Positions 25,917 through 33,474 of a stretch of 52,734 bases of DNA are shown here, piece by piece. Origin of the DNA: a virus; the IMG/VR virus record IMGVR_UViG_3300030399_000018. The stretch is one strand, 5' to 3'. Numbering within the stretch: the first letter of the stretch is position 1; each line of letters begins with the position of its first letter. The notes under the pieces were generated by a model that saw only the letters and a list, made by a program, of their open reading frames with translations, ran no database searches and was not told the DNA's origin. Both the position numbers and the translations under genes were made by a program.

Positions 25917-26689
25917 AGCCCAAACTCCACTTTGAGTTTTGCCAACAACACCTTGTCAGAGTTATTGATGCAGTTCTGAATGTCCGAGGCTTGGCCTTCG
26001 GTGAATTTACCGCCGTTGCGGACAAACTCAAGTGCCTTGTCCGTCTGATCCCACACCCACTGGATTCGATCATCCGACTCAATCCAGGCGTTGGAAGCCG
26101 TGCGGTACTCCACACCGTAGCTCTTCTTACGGAAGGCACCAGCACGCCCGTAAAGCTCTCTGCGGCCCATATCTTCGTCGAAGTCCAGCATCAAACAGCC
26201 CACGAACAGGTCCATTGCTTGAATGACACCAAGCACATCATCACCATCGTTGAGAGCGATGTGGACGTGACCACCACACGAACGGAGATTCTTGTTCGCA
26301 GCGTTGGGACGCGGATTCATGTCCCCATCCATCCAAGCATTGAAGTCAGGCTCACAGCCAAACGTCTGAGCTTCGAATGACTGGAGTTGGTCGTCGTCAA
26401 ACACCGCCGACGGCTTGACCAGCATCTCAAGGCCCAACTCTGCTGCAAGGTCTTTGATCCAGGTCTTGTTCTTGTTGATATGCAAAATGAAGTCAGCAGC
26501 GGACTTGCACGGGGGCGTGTTGAACTCCACTGTTACATTGTCTTCTTGGACCGCATTGCCCTCTTCATCAATCGGGCGTGGGAACTGCTTCGATCCTCCC
26601 ACCAAACCGACGCTGCTGATAAACTTCTGCGCTGCGGGGTCAAACAAGAAGACTTCAGGGTCCGTACCGAGCATCGTGATGTTATTCAT
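25913..26689 (-). CDS. phiEco32-like COOH-NH2 ligase type 2 (GCS-superfamily amidoligase)
   Basis: MLGTDPEVFLFD, QEDNVTVEFNTPP, FGCEPDFNAW, RSCGGHVHIAL, RRELYGRAGAFRKKSYGVEYRTASNAW. The ATG at 26689 overlaps the upstream stop (ATGAATAA). Confidence 0.8.
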   Translation of the reverse strand: MNNITMLGTDPEVFLFDPAAQKFISSVGLVGGSKQFPRPIDEEGNAVQEDNVTVEFNTPPCKSAADFILHINKNKTWIKDLAAELGLEMLVKPSAVFDDDQLQSFEAQTFGCEPDFNAWMDGDMNPRPNAANKNLRSCGGHVHIALNDGDDVLGVIQAMDLFVGCLMLDFDEDMGRRELYGRAGAFRKKSYGVEYRTASNAWIESDDRIQWVWDQTDKALEFVRNGGKFTEGQASDIQNCINNSDKVLLAKLKVEFGL

Positions 26690-27266
26690 GGAATACAACC
26701 TCGCAAAAGTGAATGATATTACCCGTGTTTTGGTTAACAAACAACATCTCTTGGAACTTGGCCTGCCTCTTGGCCCAGTCATACAGATACTCGAAATGCA
26801 TCCGAGGCTCTCTTTCCACCTCCGGCAAGACAACTTCTGTGGCGTCAACGGGGTGGTCGCGATCCCGCCGTGTTTCCACAAAGTTAAACACCCAACGCTG
26901 TGATGAATATCGACGAACGCTCTTCTGCAAAGTGGCCATCATGGCATCTACAAACTCAAACTCTAGGCAGTTGTCGTAACCGAAGCCGTTGATCTGATTC
27001 ATCGCACAACAGTAGTTGTACGGAGACACAGTAAACCAGAGCAGAGCCCGTCCTTCGACCAGCACTTGGATAAGTGTGTCTGGTTCACGTTCGGGAGCAC
27101 ACTGACGAGCAAAATAATCCGACGCCGCCGCCGAGATTGTCAGTCCTTTTACTGTCTGCCTGAGGCATTGGCCAAGTCGTTCCACAACCAGCTTGTTGTC
27201 CTTCAGGAAATCCTCGGCAACAAGGTGTAAGGCTGGGTTTAGATGATCACGTGAGGCTTGATTCAC
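26682..27266 (-). CDS. Uncharacterised protein, paralog A of the CC[GA] / N-x-N-[ST]-G-N family
   Basis: PYNYCCAMNQINGFG ... RWVFNFVETR ... LFVNQNTGNIIHF. The motifs are shared in the same order with 27946-28323 and 30213-30932. Confidence 0.6.
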   Translation of the reverse strand: MNQASRDHLNPALHLVAEDFLKDNKLVVERLGQCLRQTVKGLTISAAASDYFARQCAPEREPDTLIQVLVEGRALLWFTVSPYNYCCAMNQINGFGYDNCLEFEFVDAMMATLQKSVRRYSSQRWVFNFVETRRDRDHPVDATEVVLPEVEREPRMHFEYLYDWAKRQAKFQEMLFVNQNTGNIIHFCEVVFHE

Positions 27267-27949
27267 AGGACATACTCCCGAACAAGTTTCATGCAGTATT
27301 GGACAAAAGGATCACGACGCGGGTTGCTGTGAAACTCCGGATGGCCCTGGATCCCAAGAGCTTTGATCTTCGGATACCAGACAATTTCGGCCTCCTTTTT
27401 GTCTGCCATCTTTAAATCGTTTTCGCTGGCCTCAGTGATGTAGATACTGCTGCGGCGGGGATGTGCCCAGGCAATCAATTCATGTTCAACATCATATGGA
27501 TACTGCATCTGGTGATGTACCGACGATGTGGCCAAGACGTAACCATCCTTGGTCATCATATCATGAGTACGACCATGATTATCCACATGCTGAATGAGAG
27601 AACCGCCAGCCAAGGCGCAAACCAACTGAGCACCACGACATACGCCAATAATGGGAATACCGCGATCAATAGCCGTGCGACAGGCACTCGCTTCGATAAC
27701 GTCCCGACGACTAGGCGAGTTGGGCGCATATGATCCCCCGATGGCGGCCGCTTCATTGTAGTAGCTTGGGGAGATATCCTCACCGCCCCAGATGACCAGA
27801 GCATCAATCTCAGCCCCGTCAGCTATGTCCTGAGACGTAACAAGCATCGAGTGGGGATACACCTGATCGAACGGCTCTAGCGCCCCTGTACCACGTCCTA
27901 CGTGTCCTAACGTTAGTACTTTCGTCTTCTCTGCTACTTCCATTTTCAT
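27263..27949 (-). CDS. Class-I glutamine amidotransferase-like / peptidase C26 (gamma-glutamyl hydrolase, PuuD-like)
   Basis: WGGEDISPSYY, RRDVIE, IPIIGVCRGAQLVCALAGGSLIQH (nucleophile elbow Cys), SSVHHQ and GIQGHPEF (His) are present. Confidence 0.85.
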   Translation of the reverse strand: MKMEVAEKTKVLTLGHVGRGTGALEPFDQVYPHSMLVTSQDIADGAEIDALVIWGGEDISPSYYNEAAAIGGSYAPNSPSRRDVIEASACRTAIDRGIPIIGVCRGAQLVCALAGGSLIQHVDNHGRTHDMMTKDGYVLATSSVHHQMQYPYDVEHELIAWAHPRRSSIYITEASENDLKMADKKEAEIVWYPKIKALGIQGHPEFHSNPRRDPFVQYCMKLVREYVL

Positions 27950-28323
27950 TCCTTTCTTAGGTTAGACAAGAGGATCCACGAATCCACCATGTTTCCGCTG
28001 TTGGGATTTATAAACTCAGCCACATGTAGGGCGTCCTCGTGTTTCGATACATACTTGCGCAGTACCTCATACTCATACTCTTCTGCCAGGGGCAAGGTCA
28101 GCGGGTCTCCTGAAAATTCCCAACCATTTCCAATTCTCTGGCGCACGAAGTTGAATATGATGGGGCGGCCCTCTGCCGCCTCGACCAGCTCCCCGACCAG
28201 CCCTTTGGGTGTCTTCGACACTACGTCGGCATATTCATCTACACCAAAGTCCCCGGCCTCATACACACCACAACAATATGGTAATGTTGAATATCGAGCA
28301 TCCAGCATTTTAGCCCACGACAA
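27946..28323 (-). CDS. Uncharacterised protein, paralog B of the CC[GA] / N-x-N-[ST]-G-N family
   Basis: LPYCCGVYEAGDFG ... RPIIFNFVRQR ... EFINPNSGNMVDSW. Confidence 0.6.
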   Translation of the reverse strand: MSWAKMLDARYSTLPYCCGVYEAGDFGVDEYADVVSKTPKGLVGELVEAAEGRPIIFNFVRQRIGNGWEFSGDPLTLPLAEEYEYEVLRKYVSKHEDALHVAEFINPNSGNMVDSWILLSNLRKE

Positions 28324-28747
28324 GGCGCAGTTCTCCGTCCGCAGTGAATGCCTTTTCGATCAGACTGGGGACGGTTGTTTCATACACGCGCAAGCAGCCA
28401 AACACACCAAATGTGGTGGTGGGCTTCTCTTCCGCACACTGTTGTGCGAATTTGATGGCGGCCTCTTCTGTGGTGAATACCTTGTTTAACTCCTTGGCGT
28501 CTGCGGCCTGGAGATAATACCCATATCCCGCCCCAGGTTCGGCAACCTGGGGTTGTTCCGGAGGAGGAGGATCCGCCAGATTGGCGAAACCTTGGGGGAC
28601 AGGGATTTCGTTGCGGTTCCGAATACGTGGGGCAACGCGTGCCACTTCCGCTTGAGCGGGTTCAAAGTTGATCACCGATTTGTTTGGGTCAGCAGTGACT
28701 GCCAACTTACAAACAAACCAGAATTGTTTAATCTTCTGCTTTGCCAT
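28310..28747 (-). CDS. Hypothetical protein
   Basis: I chose the ATG at 28747 (MAKQKIKQFWF), 1 nt after the upstream stop. It has a central Pro-rich linker. Confidence 0.55.
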   Translation of the reverse strand: MAKQKIKQFWFVCKLAVTADPNKSVINFEPAQAEVARVAPRIRNRNEIPVPQGFANLADPPPPEQPQVAEPGAGYGYYLQAADAKELNKVFTTEEAAIKFAQQCAEEKPTTTFGVFGCLRVYETTVPSLIEKAFTADGELRLVVG

Positions 28748-28748
28748 A

Positions 28749-28988
28749 CTATACCTCACCAGTTGTGAAAGTTATTACGCCTAAGTCTCTGAGGGCCTCT
28801 GCATCTGCCATAGTGCAATCCACGGTGCTCAGAAACAACAGATGGGTTATATCGTCCCCTATGTGTTCCTTCAAAGCTTCCGTAAATTCTACGAAAGACT
28901 TCTGATCGTTGACCACCGTTAGGTATTTACCATTGCAGATCAGACTGATTATTAGCCGGTATCCTGGCCAGTCATATGTGCCTACCAT
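28749..28988 (-). CDS. Hypothetical protein
   Basis: 79-aa ORF with a TAATG overlap onto the upstream gene. Confidence 0.5.
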   Translation of the reverse strand: MVGTYDWPGYRLIISLICNGKYLTVVNDQKSFVEFTEALKEHIGDDITHLLFLSTVDCTMADAEALRDLGVITFTTGEV

Positions 28989-29539
28989 TAGTCCATCCCT
29001 GGCATGTCTTGAGTCTCAAGGATGTCATAAAGAACCCCTTCATCCAAACAGGCATGAATGACAACAAGGTCTTCCATCCAAGCAGCTTCAATTTGTGATT
29101 GGGCGTCTGTGTCATCAAACCACTTGACTGTAAAAGGAGACCACTTGGCCCCTGAATTGGGGCGTGTGTGGGTAAATGTAATCATGCCCCATGTGTGAGG
29201 ATGTTTCCATCGACCTCGTATGTCCCAACGACGACACACAATGGATCCACGACCAAAGCCAGCAATCTCGGCCCGCAAGATGTATTCCTGCACCTCATTG
29301 TAGCTTGGGAAATTCCCCAGAGCATACTCAACGTGCTGAGGCATGTCAACCACGCGAGGAAAGCCACTGCTCTTCAGCCGGACTGGAGAGAAATTCTGGT
29401 CCTCCGCTGAGAAGTGTTTAACTTGTGTTACAGGGGACTTGTTAACTATTTCGTGGACAACCGGGGGATCGAAATACAACTTTCCATCCCCCCCAACAGG
29501 GTTGACAACAGACAAACGTGCTCGACCCATCATTGACAT
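28988..29539 (-). CDS. Hypothetical protein
   Basis: 183-aa ORF in the operon chain; no family recognised. Confidence 0.55.
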   Translation of the reverse strand: MSMMGRARLSVVNPVGGDGKLYFDPPVVHEIVNKSPVTQVKHFSAEDQNFSPVRLKSSGFPRVVDMPQHVEYALGNFPSYNEVQEYILRAEIAGFGRGSIVCRRWDIRGRWKHPHTWGMITFTHTRPNSGAKWSPFTVKWFDDTDAQSQIEAAWMEDLVVIHACLDEGVLYDILETQDMPGMD

Positions 29540-29784
29540 TCCTTGAGCAGACGTTCGCGATATTCTCGATCCAGTGCCTTGCCGTTGACCTGAATCAATT
29601 GGCGATCAGCCGTGCCCGGAGCACCACGACGGATCTTGACGATGCGGAAACGGGACGGGTTGGCGAAACCAAGCCCAGTGAACAGATCGAACAAACCATC
29701 CTGAATCGCCACTACCTTGTCGCCAGTACTAAGGTTATGACTGTGGCGGGCATATTGTCGAAGCATCAGTGCATCTGAAAGCAT
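29530..29784 (-). CDS. Hypothetical protein
   Basis: 84-aa ORF with a 10-nt overlap downstream. Confidence 0.5.
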   Translation of the reverse strand: MLSDALMLRQYARHSHNLSTGDKVVAIQDGLFDLFTGLGFANPSRFRIVKIRRGAPGTADRQLIQVNGKALDREYRERLLKECQ

Positions 29785-29788
29785 AATC

Positions 29789-30220
29789 TTATACCTCGAA
29801 AGAAACGATTTTGTACTGGGCAGCTTTTGGGGCTCGCATGGGGACGGTGTGACTGCGTTCTAGCTTTGCCTGCAAAAAGCGCTCTGCGTCGCCACGTGCT
29901 GACCATCCCGCCTTGTTATCGTTCATATAACCACTGATCCGGTTATATTTCAGATTCCAGATGATCCACCGAACCTCGGGAGTCACATCGACGAATATAC
30001 CACTACAGCACAGCACCTCGCCCCGTGAATCAGCAAAATCCACCATAAAGGCAGCACCGAAGTCCCCCCGATCAATTGGGCGGTAATTCACCGACACAAG
30101 CCTCGCCGGAAAATACTGTGTTGAAGTGGTCAGGATATTACGACGGAAAGCCTTCAATTTACCTTCTTGAATCTTGGGCAAGTCACTGGGCTCAACTGGG
30201 CGATAGACTCGATCAGACAT
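29789..30220 (-). CDS. Hypothetical protein (contains an LCCSGIF motif)
   Basis: 143-aa ORF with an 8-nt overlap onto the upstream gene. Confidence 0.55.
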   Translation of the reverse strand: MSDRVYRPVEPSDLPKIQEGKLKAFRRNILTTSTQYFPARLVSVNYRPIDRGDFGAAFMVDFADSRGEVLCCSGIFVDVTPEVRWIIWNLKYNRISGYMNDNKAGWSARGDAERFLQAKLERSHTVPMRAPKAAQYKIVSFEV

Positions 30221-30932
30221 TTTTAATGTCTCCTGGTAGTTTAAATCCTTCCAAAGGATAAATGGCCTGTTGAGCTAGTTGCCCAAAAGGTTGCACTGCT
30301 TGGTCGAGCGCGTATTGTTGCACCCATCCCGGCCACTGACCGTCGTTGACAACCAATCCCTGTTCATTTGTGGGCCAGATTACCTTGGCTCTCTGACTCA
30401 CTTCCGGTACGGGAACATTCTCTTTCTCCTTGTTCTCAAAGAACCACAAGGGGTCGGCTTCCCATTCTGGATAGGTGTATCCCAGTGGTTTCGCCACAGG
30501 ATACCGTTTAACGTACTTATCCAGCTTGTCTAAGTGCAAGGCCGGTTCCCACACCATCATATACAGCTTAGATGGTCCATGTACCCGATTGGGGCGCGAA
30601 TCGATAACCTCAGCCCCAAGTTCCTGAAGCAATCCGGAGATGTGAAGCAGATCCGCTTTATACAGGTTGGGGTCTGTGATGATGTAGTAATAGCTCACAT
30701 TAAGGGAGTAGTGGCGAACGAAAAAAGCCAGAAAAGACTGAACTTCCTTTATGTTTACGAAAGTCCCCCTAATGCTTGACATACACCCAGCACCACAACA
30801 TTTAAAAGCCTTTTCACCATAGCTCCCTTGTTCAACCACAAGGATGTGTCTCGGGTAACTTCCCCCGATCCGGCTAGTCTGTACATAAATCCCAGACTGT
30901 TCAAATCCTAAGGCCTCTTCAGGACAAAGCAT
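30213..30932 (-). CDS. Uncharacterised protein, paralog C of the CC[GA] family with a C-terminal extension
   Basis: I chose the ATG at 30932 (MLCPEE). Motifs: AFKCCGAGCMSSIRGTF ... YYYIITDP ... IDSRPNRVHGPSKLYMMVW. The longer ORF-track version overlaps 30919-31110. Confidence 0.6.
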   Translation of the reverse strand: MLCPEEALGFEQSGIYVQTSRIGGSYPRHILVVEQGSYGEKAFKCCGAGCMSSIRGTFVNIKEVQSFLAFFVRHYSLNVSYYYIITDPNLYKADLLHISGLLQELGAEVIDSRPNRVHGPSKLYMMVWEPALHLDKLDKYVKRYPVAKPLGYTYPEWEADPLWFFENKEKENVPVPEVSQRAKVIWPTNEQGLVVNDGQWPGWVQQYALDQAVQPFGQLAQQAIYPLEGFKLPGDIKNV

Positions 30933-31110
30933 TGCACATCTCCCACGTGTGAATGTCCCCCGAACCCACGAAGATGCGATTGTCCAGATGCTCGCTGATC
31001 TGCACTTGCATCGCTGGTTTGGGCTCTTGTCCCTCATTAGCCAACGGAGGAATCTCGCGCAAGACGCGATTGATTTCGTCATAATACTCTGGGTATGTGC
31101 TGGTGTTCAT
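30919..31110 (-). CDS. Hypothetical protein
   Basis: 63-aa ORF whose stop overlaps the next start. Confidence 0.45.
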   Translation of the reverse strand: MNTSTYPEYYDEINRVLREIPPLANEGQEPKPAMQVQISEHLDNRIFVGSGDIHTWEMCNALS

Positions 31111-31113
31111 GTG

Positions 31114-31470
31114 TCATTCTTCCCACGTTACAGTTGATTTACCTACGAGTTCCCAACAACTAATGTTGGGGTTCAGTGAGGTGCGAAATTCCGGCGCTTG
31201 ATCGCAACCGGGAATGCCGTGGCCCGTTTTGTAGAGATATACCTCCTGTGATTTGGTGTTGGGAGCCATAAATAGATCGAGTTGGCTGTCCTGCTCTTGA
31301 TAGAACCTTCCGTCGTCGTGACGGCACGTCAACTGTCCAGAAAGCTCCATTACAATAAGTCTAGTATTCTTGCGGGCGTCCGGGATGTACGCCCCAAACT
31401 TCATAACCGTACCATCTCTCGTACAGATTCCCTTCCCTACCATTGCCTCTTTCAGATTAAACGGTTTCAT
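31114..31470 (-). CDS. Hypothetical protein
   Basis: The ATG at 31470 (MKPFNLKEAMVGKGICTRDG) lies 1 nt after the upstream stop. Confidence 0.55.
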   Translation of the reverse strand: MKPFNLKEAMVGKGICTRDGTVMKFGAYIPDARKNTRLIVMELSGQLTCRHDDGRFYQEQDSQLDLFMAPNTKSQEVYLYKTGHGIPGCDQAPEFRTSLNPNISCWELVGKSTVTWEE

Positions 31471-31471
31471 G

Positions 31472-32071
31472 TTATGAGTTTCCTTGTTTCTTAAACTCTG
31501 CTTCAACTACTTTGAGGAAATACTCGGCTTGGAGTTGTTTCAGGTGGGGTTTCGTAGTCTCCGCCGCCGCCCACGCCGCCGCCGCCGCCGCCGCCTCCGC
31601 CTCCGCCGCCGCCCTCGCCGCCCACGCCGCCGCCCACCCCGCCGCCCTTGCCGGCCACGCCGAGCCCGCCGCCGCCTCCGCCGCCGCCGCCTCCGCCGCC
31701 GGGGCTTTTGACTTGTCCCCGGTAATCAGAAAGTCCCGAACAATGCCTGGGGGTGTCCAGAGATCCATAACATCGACTGCAAACTGTCGAGCAGATGATT
31801 GCAATAAATCCGTAGCGTCTATGGTGGCGATGATTTTGCGCTGTTTCGCAACAACCTTATTGGTGTGTTTTTCTTCAATGCCAATCAATTCAACCTTATG
31901 CAAAATGTTGCCTGGGGCAAACTGTAGGGCATCAAAGGGGTGATCTGATGCATGGAGCCCCCGATAACAAATCTTTGGGGTTCCTGGAAACACCAACCAC
32001 TCCCCAATTGGAGGAATAGGCGTTCCGTCACGGAGCCTGTCATTTGTAAAGTGATAATAAATTTTACTCAT
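31472..32071 (-). CDS. Hypothetical protein with an N-terminal GLHAS-motif domain and a C-terminal Ala/Trp repeat tract
   Basis: The ATG at 32071 (MSKIYYHFTNDRLRDG) forms an ATGA overlap with the upstream gene. Motifs: CYRGLHASDHPFDAL, then AAEAAAAEAAAGSAWPARAAGWAAAWAARAAAEAEAAAAAAAWAAAE. Confidence 0.6.
   Translation of the reverse strand: MSKIYYHFTNDRLRDGTPIPPIGEWLVFPGTPKICYRGLHASDHPFDALQFAPGNILHKVELIGIEEKHTNKVVAKQRKIIATIDATDLLQSSARQFAVDVMDLWTPPGIVRDFLITGDKSKAPAAEAAAAEAAAGSAWPARAAGWAAAWAARAAAEAEAAAAAAAWAAAETTKPHLKQLQAEYFLKVVEAEFKKQGNS
31561..31702 (-). repeat. Imperfect (GCG)n / (CGC)n trinucleotide tract encoding the Ala/Trp repeat
   Basis: About 142 nt are almost entirely G and C (ccgccgccgcccacgccgccgccgccgccgccgcctccgcc...). 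All frames on both strands are open across it. Confidence 0.9.
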
Positions 32072-32361
32072 TTTCCTTCTCCAGTTTCCAACATCCAGTC
32101 GATCCAAGCAAGGCGAGCATGTTTGGCTTCTTTGGAAGTGAGATGAGTCTTGCGAACGGCAAGATTCCACTGTTCAAGAGAGCGATAGCCCACGAGCCGA
32201 TCCATTATATAATTCCGTAAGCGCAGATGGGCGATATATGCTTTGCACACTCTCTGTTCATGCAAAACTGTGGCGAGCAGAGCGATGCAAATATATTTTT
32301 GGGAACCTGCGGCTATTCGGATCCTGGCCCCTTTCAACAACTCTCGTTCAAGTTTGTTCAC
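32068..32361 (-). CDS. Hypothetical protein
   Basis: 97-aa ORF with 4-nt overlaps at both ends. Confidence 0.55.
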   Translation of the reverse strand: MNKLERELLKGARIRIAAGSQKYICIALLATVLHEQRVCKAYIAHLRLRNYIMDRLVGYRSLEQWNLAVRKTHLTSKEAKHARLAWIDWMLETGEGK

Positions 32362-32564
32362 GTTAACTGCTCCCTACAAAGATTATAAACTTCCGTGTCG
32401 TCGGCCACTCCTTCGTCACGGGCTTCAACTGCTTTTGCTACCCAACGTCCGTCATCCAACCTTATAACTTCTTTAGCTAAACGCCGCAAGGCAAGTGCAC
32501 TTTTGGAAATACATCCGGTGGCTTCACAAGCAGCCGCTATTTCTAAGGCTTCTTTAAGTTCCAT
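32358..32564 (-). CDS. Hypothetical protein
   Basis: 68-aa ORF in the operon chain. Confidence 0.5.
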   Translation of the reverse strand: MELKEALEIAAACEATGCISKSALALRRLAKEVIRLDDGRWVAKAVEARDEGVADDTEVYNLCREQLT

Positions 32565-32686
32565 TTCAGAACTCCATTAGGTTTAAGTAACTTATCTGCA
32601 TTACGGCTTGCAGTTCCTTTCGTCCCACCACGGCTATACATCCGGGCCTCACGTTGCTTACGTGAAGCATCATCTCGAAAAGTCAT
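32543..32686 (-). CDS. Small basic hypothetical protein (47 aa); first ORF after the 32.7-33.0 kb intergenic region
   Basis: Hand translation gives MTFRDDASRKQREARMYSRGGTKGTASRNADKLLKPNGVLKWNLKKP. It overlaps the next start. Confidence 0.3.
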   Translation of the reverse strand: MTFRDDASRKQREARMYSRGGTKGTASRNADKLLKPNGVLKWNLKKP

Positions 32687-32976
32687 AAGGTTAGTACTCC
32701 CAGAACGACTGAAACAAAAAAAGAGCGAGTTGGGGCTTTAAAGCAAATTTGGATTTAAGGGTGAAACAGAGATAAAGATACTACGCCGTGGGCGGCGATA
32801 GCCCAGGTAATAGAAAAGCCCCCAATAGATATTTGTCCGCGTTTGGATATATCTTATTGCAATTATTTTACAGCAAATTTGTCATCCCGAATTAGAACGG
32901 GTATGAGACTACAAAAGTAATAACGTTAGGACTTATTGCACCAGATTGGTGCGTCCCTAATTGTTCGTATAGACGC

Positions 32977-33007
32977 AAAAAAGCCCCTACCTTTATGGGG
33001 TAGGGGC
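32977..33007 (-). terminator. Rho-independent terminator (minus strand)
   Basis: The minus strand reads GCCCCTACC-CCATAAA-GGTAGGGGC followed by TTTTTT. Confidence 0.8.
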
Positions 33008-33043
33008 GACCAATAGCTTGTGGCTATTAGGTAAGGCTAGGTG

Positions 33044-33160
33044 TTAGCACCAGACGATATCGTCGTAAGATATCCAAACGCCGTTCACTACAAAGTGGCG
33101 CAATTTGCGGCAGCGCCAGAAGCCACGACGTTCCGGCCACACAATGTTTGAGTAGTTCAT
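33044..33160 (-). CDS. Small Trp/Arg-rich hypothetical protein (38 aa)
   Basis: Hand translation gives MNYSNIVWPERRGFWRCRKLRHFVVNGVWISYDDIVWC. It has an ATGA overlap with the upstream stop. Confidence 0.3.
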   Translation of the reverse strand: MNYSNIVWPERRGFWRCRKLRHFVVNGVWISYDDIVWC

Positions 33161-33474
33161 GCGACCACCTCAAACGCTTGTGCCGTGGTCTCAATGACGT
33201 CTTGAGCGACCTGAGGCATAGTGTCCAACACTTCGGCACCAGACTCACTGGCAACCGGATGCATGGGCACGCGAACAGCCGCAAGGCGTCGTTCCTCGGC
33301 CAATTTCTCTGCGTCGATGCGGGCTTGCTCGCGTTTGGCTTCGATTTCAGCCGATTCGCGCAACATACGCTGATGATGGCGCTGTGCAATGGTCAATACA
33401 CGATGACCAAGGGTAGTGTGATTGGTTACGCTTTTCGAAGTAAGAAAAGCAAGATGCATGTTTGTAACGTGCAT
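33157..33474 (-). CDS. Hypothetical coiled-coil protein
   Basis: This 105-aa ORF is the most protein-like of three mutually overlapping ORFs here (charged, heptad-like AEIEAKREQARIDAEKLAEERR). Confidence 0.5.
   Translation of the reverse strand: MHVTNMHLAFLTSKSVTNHTTLGHRVLTIAQRHHQRMLRESAEIEAKREQARIDAEKLAEERRLAAVRVPMHPVASESGAEVLDTMPQVAQDVIETTAQAFEVVA

Noticed and set aside
29789-30220. A fourth member of the CC[GA] paralog family (LCCSGIF motif)
   Set aside because: The motif order and spacing differ from the other three proteins. The Cys pair sits at residue 72 and the later motifs are compressed, so the similarity may be coincidental.
31484-31943. Plus-strand Arg-rich (31484-31711) and Ala-rich (31512-31943) ORFs
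   Set aside because: They are open only because the (GCG)n tract lacks stops in all six frames. The minus-strand frame is coupled to its neighbours by ATGA and 1-nt junctions, and it has a normal globular N-terminal domain.
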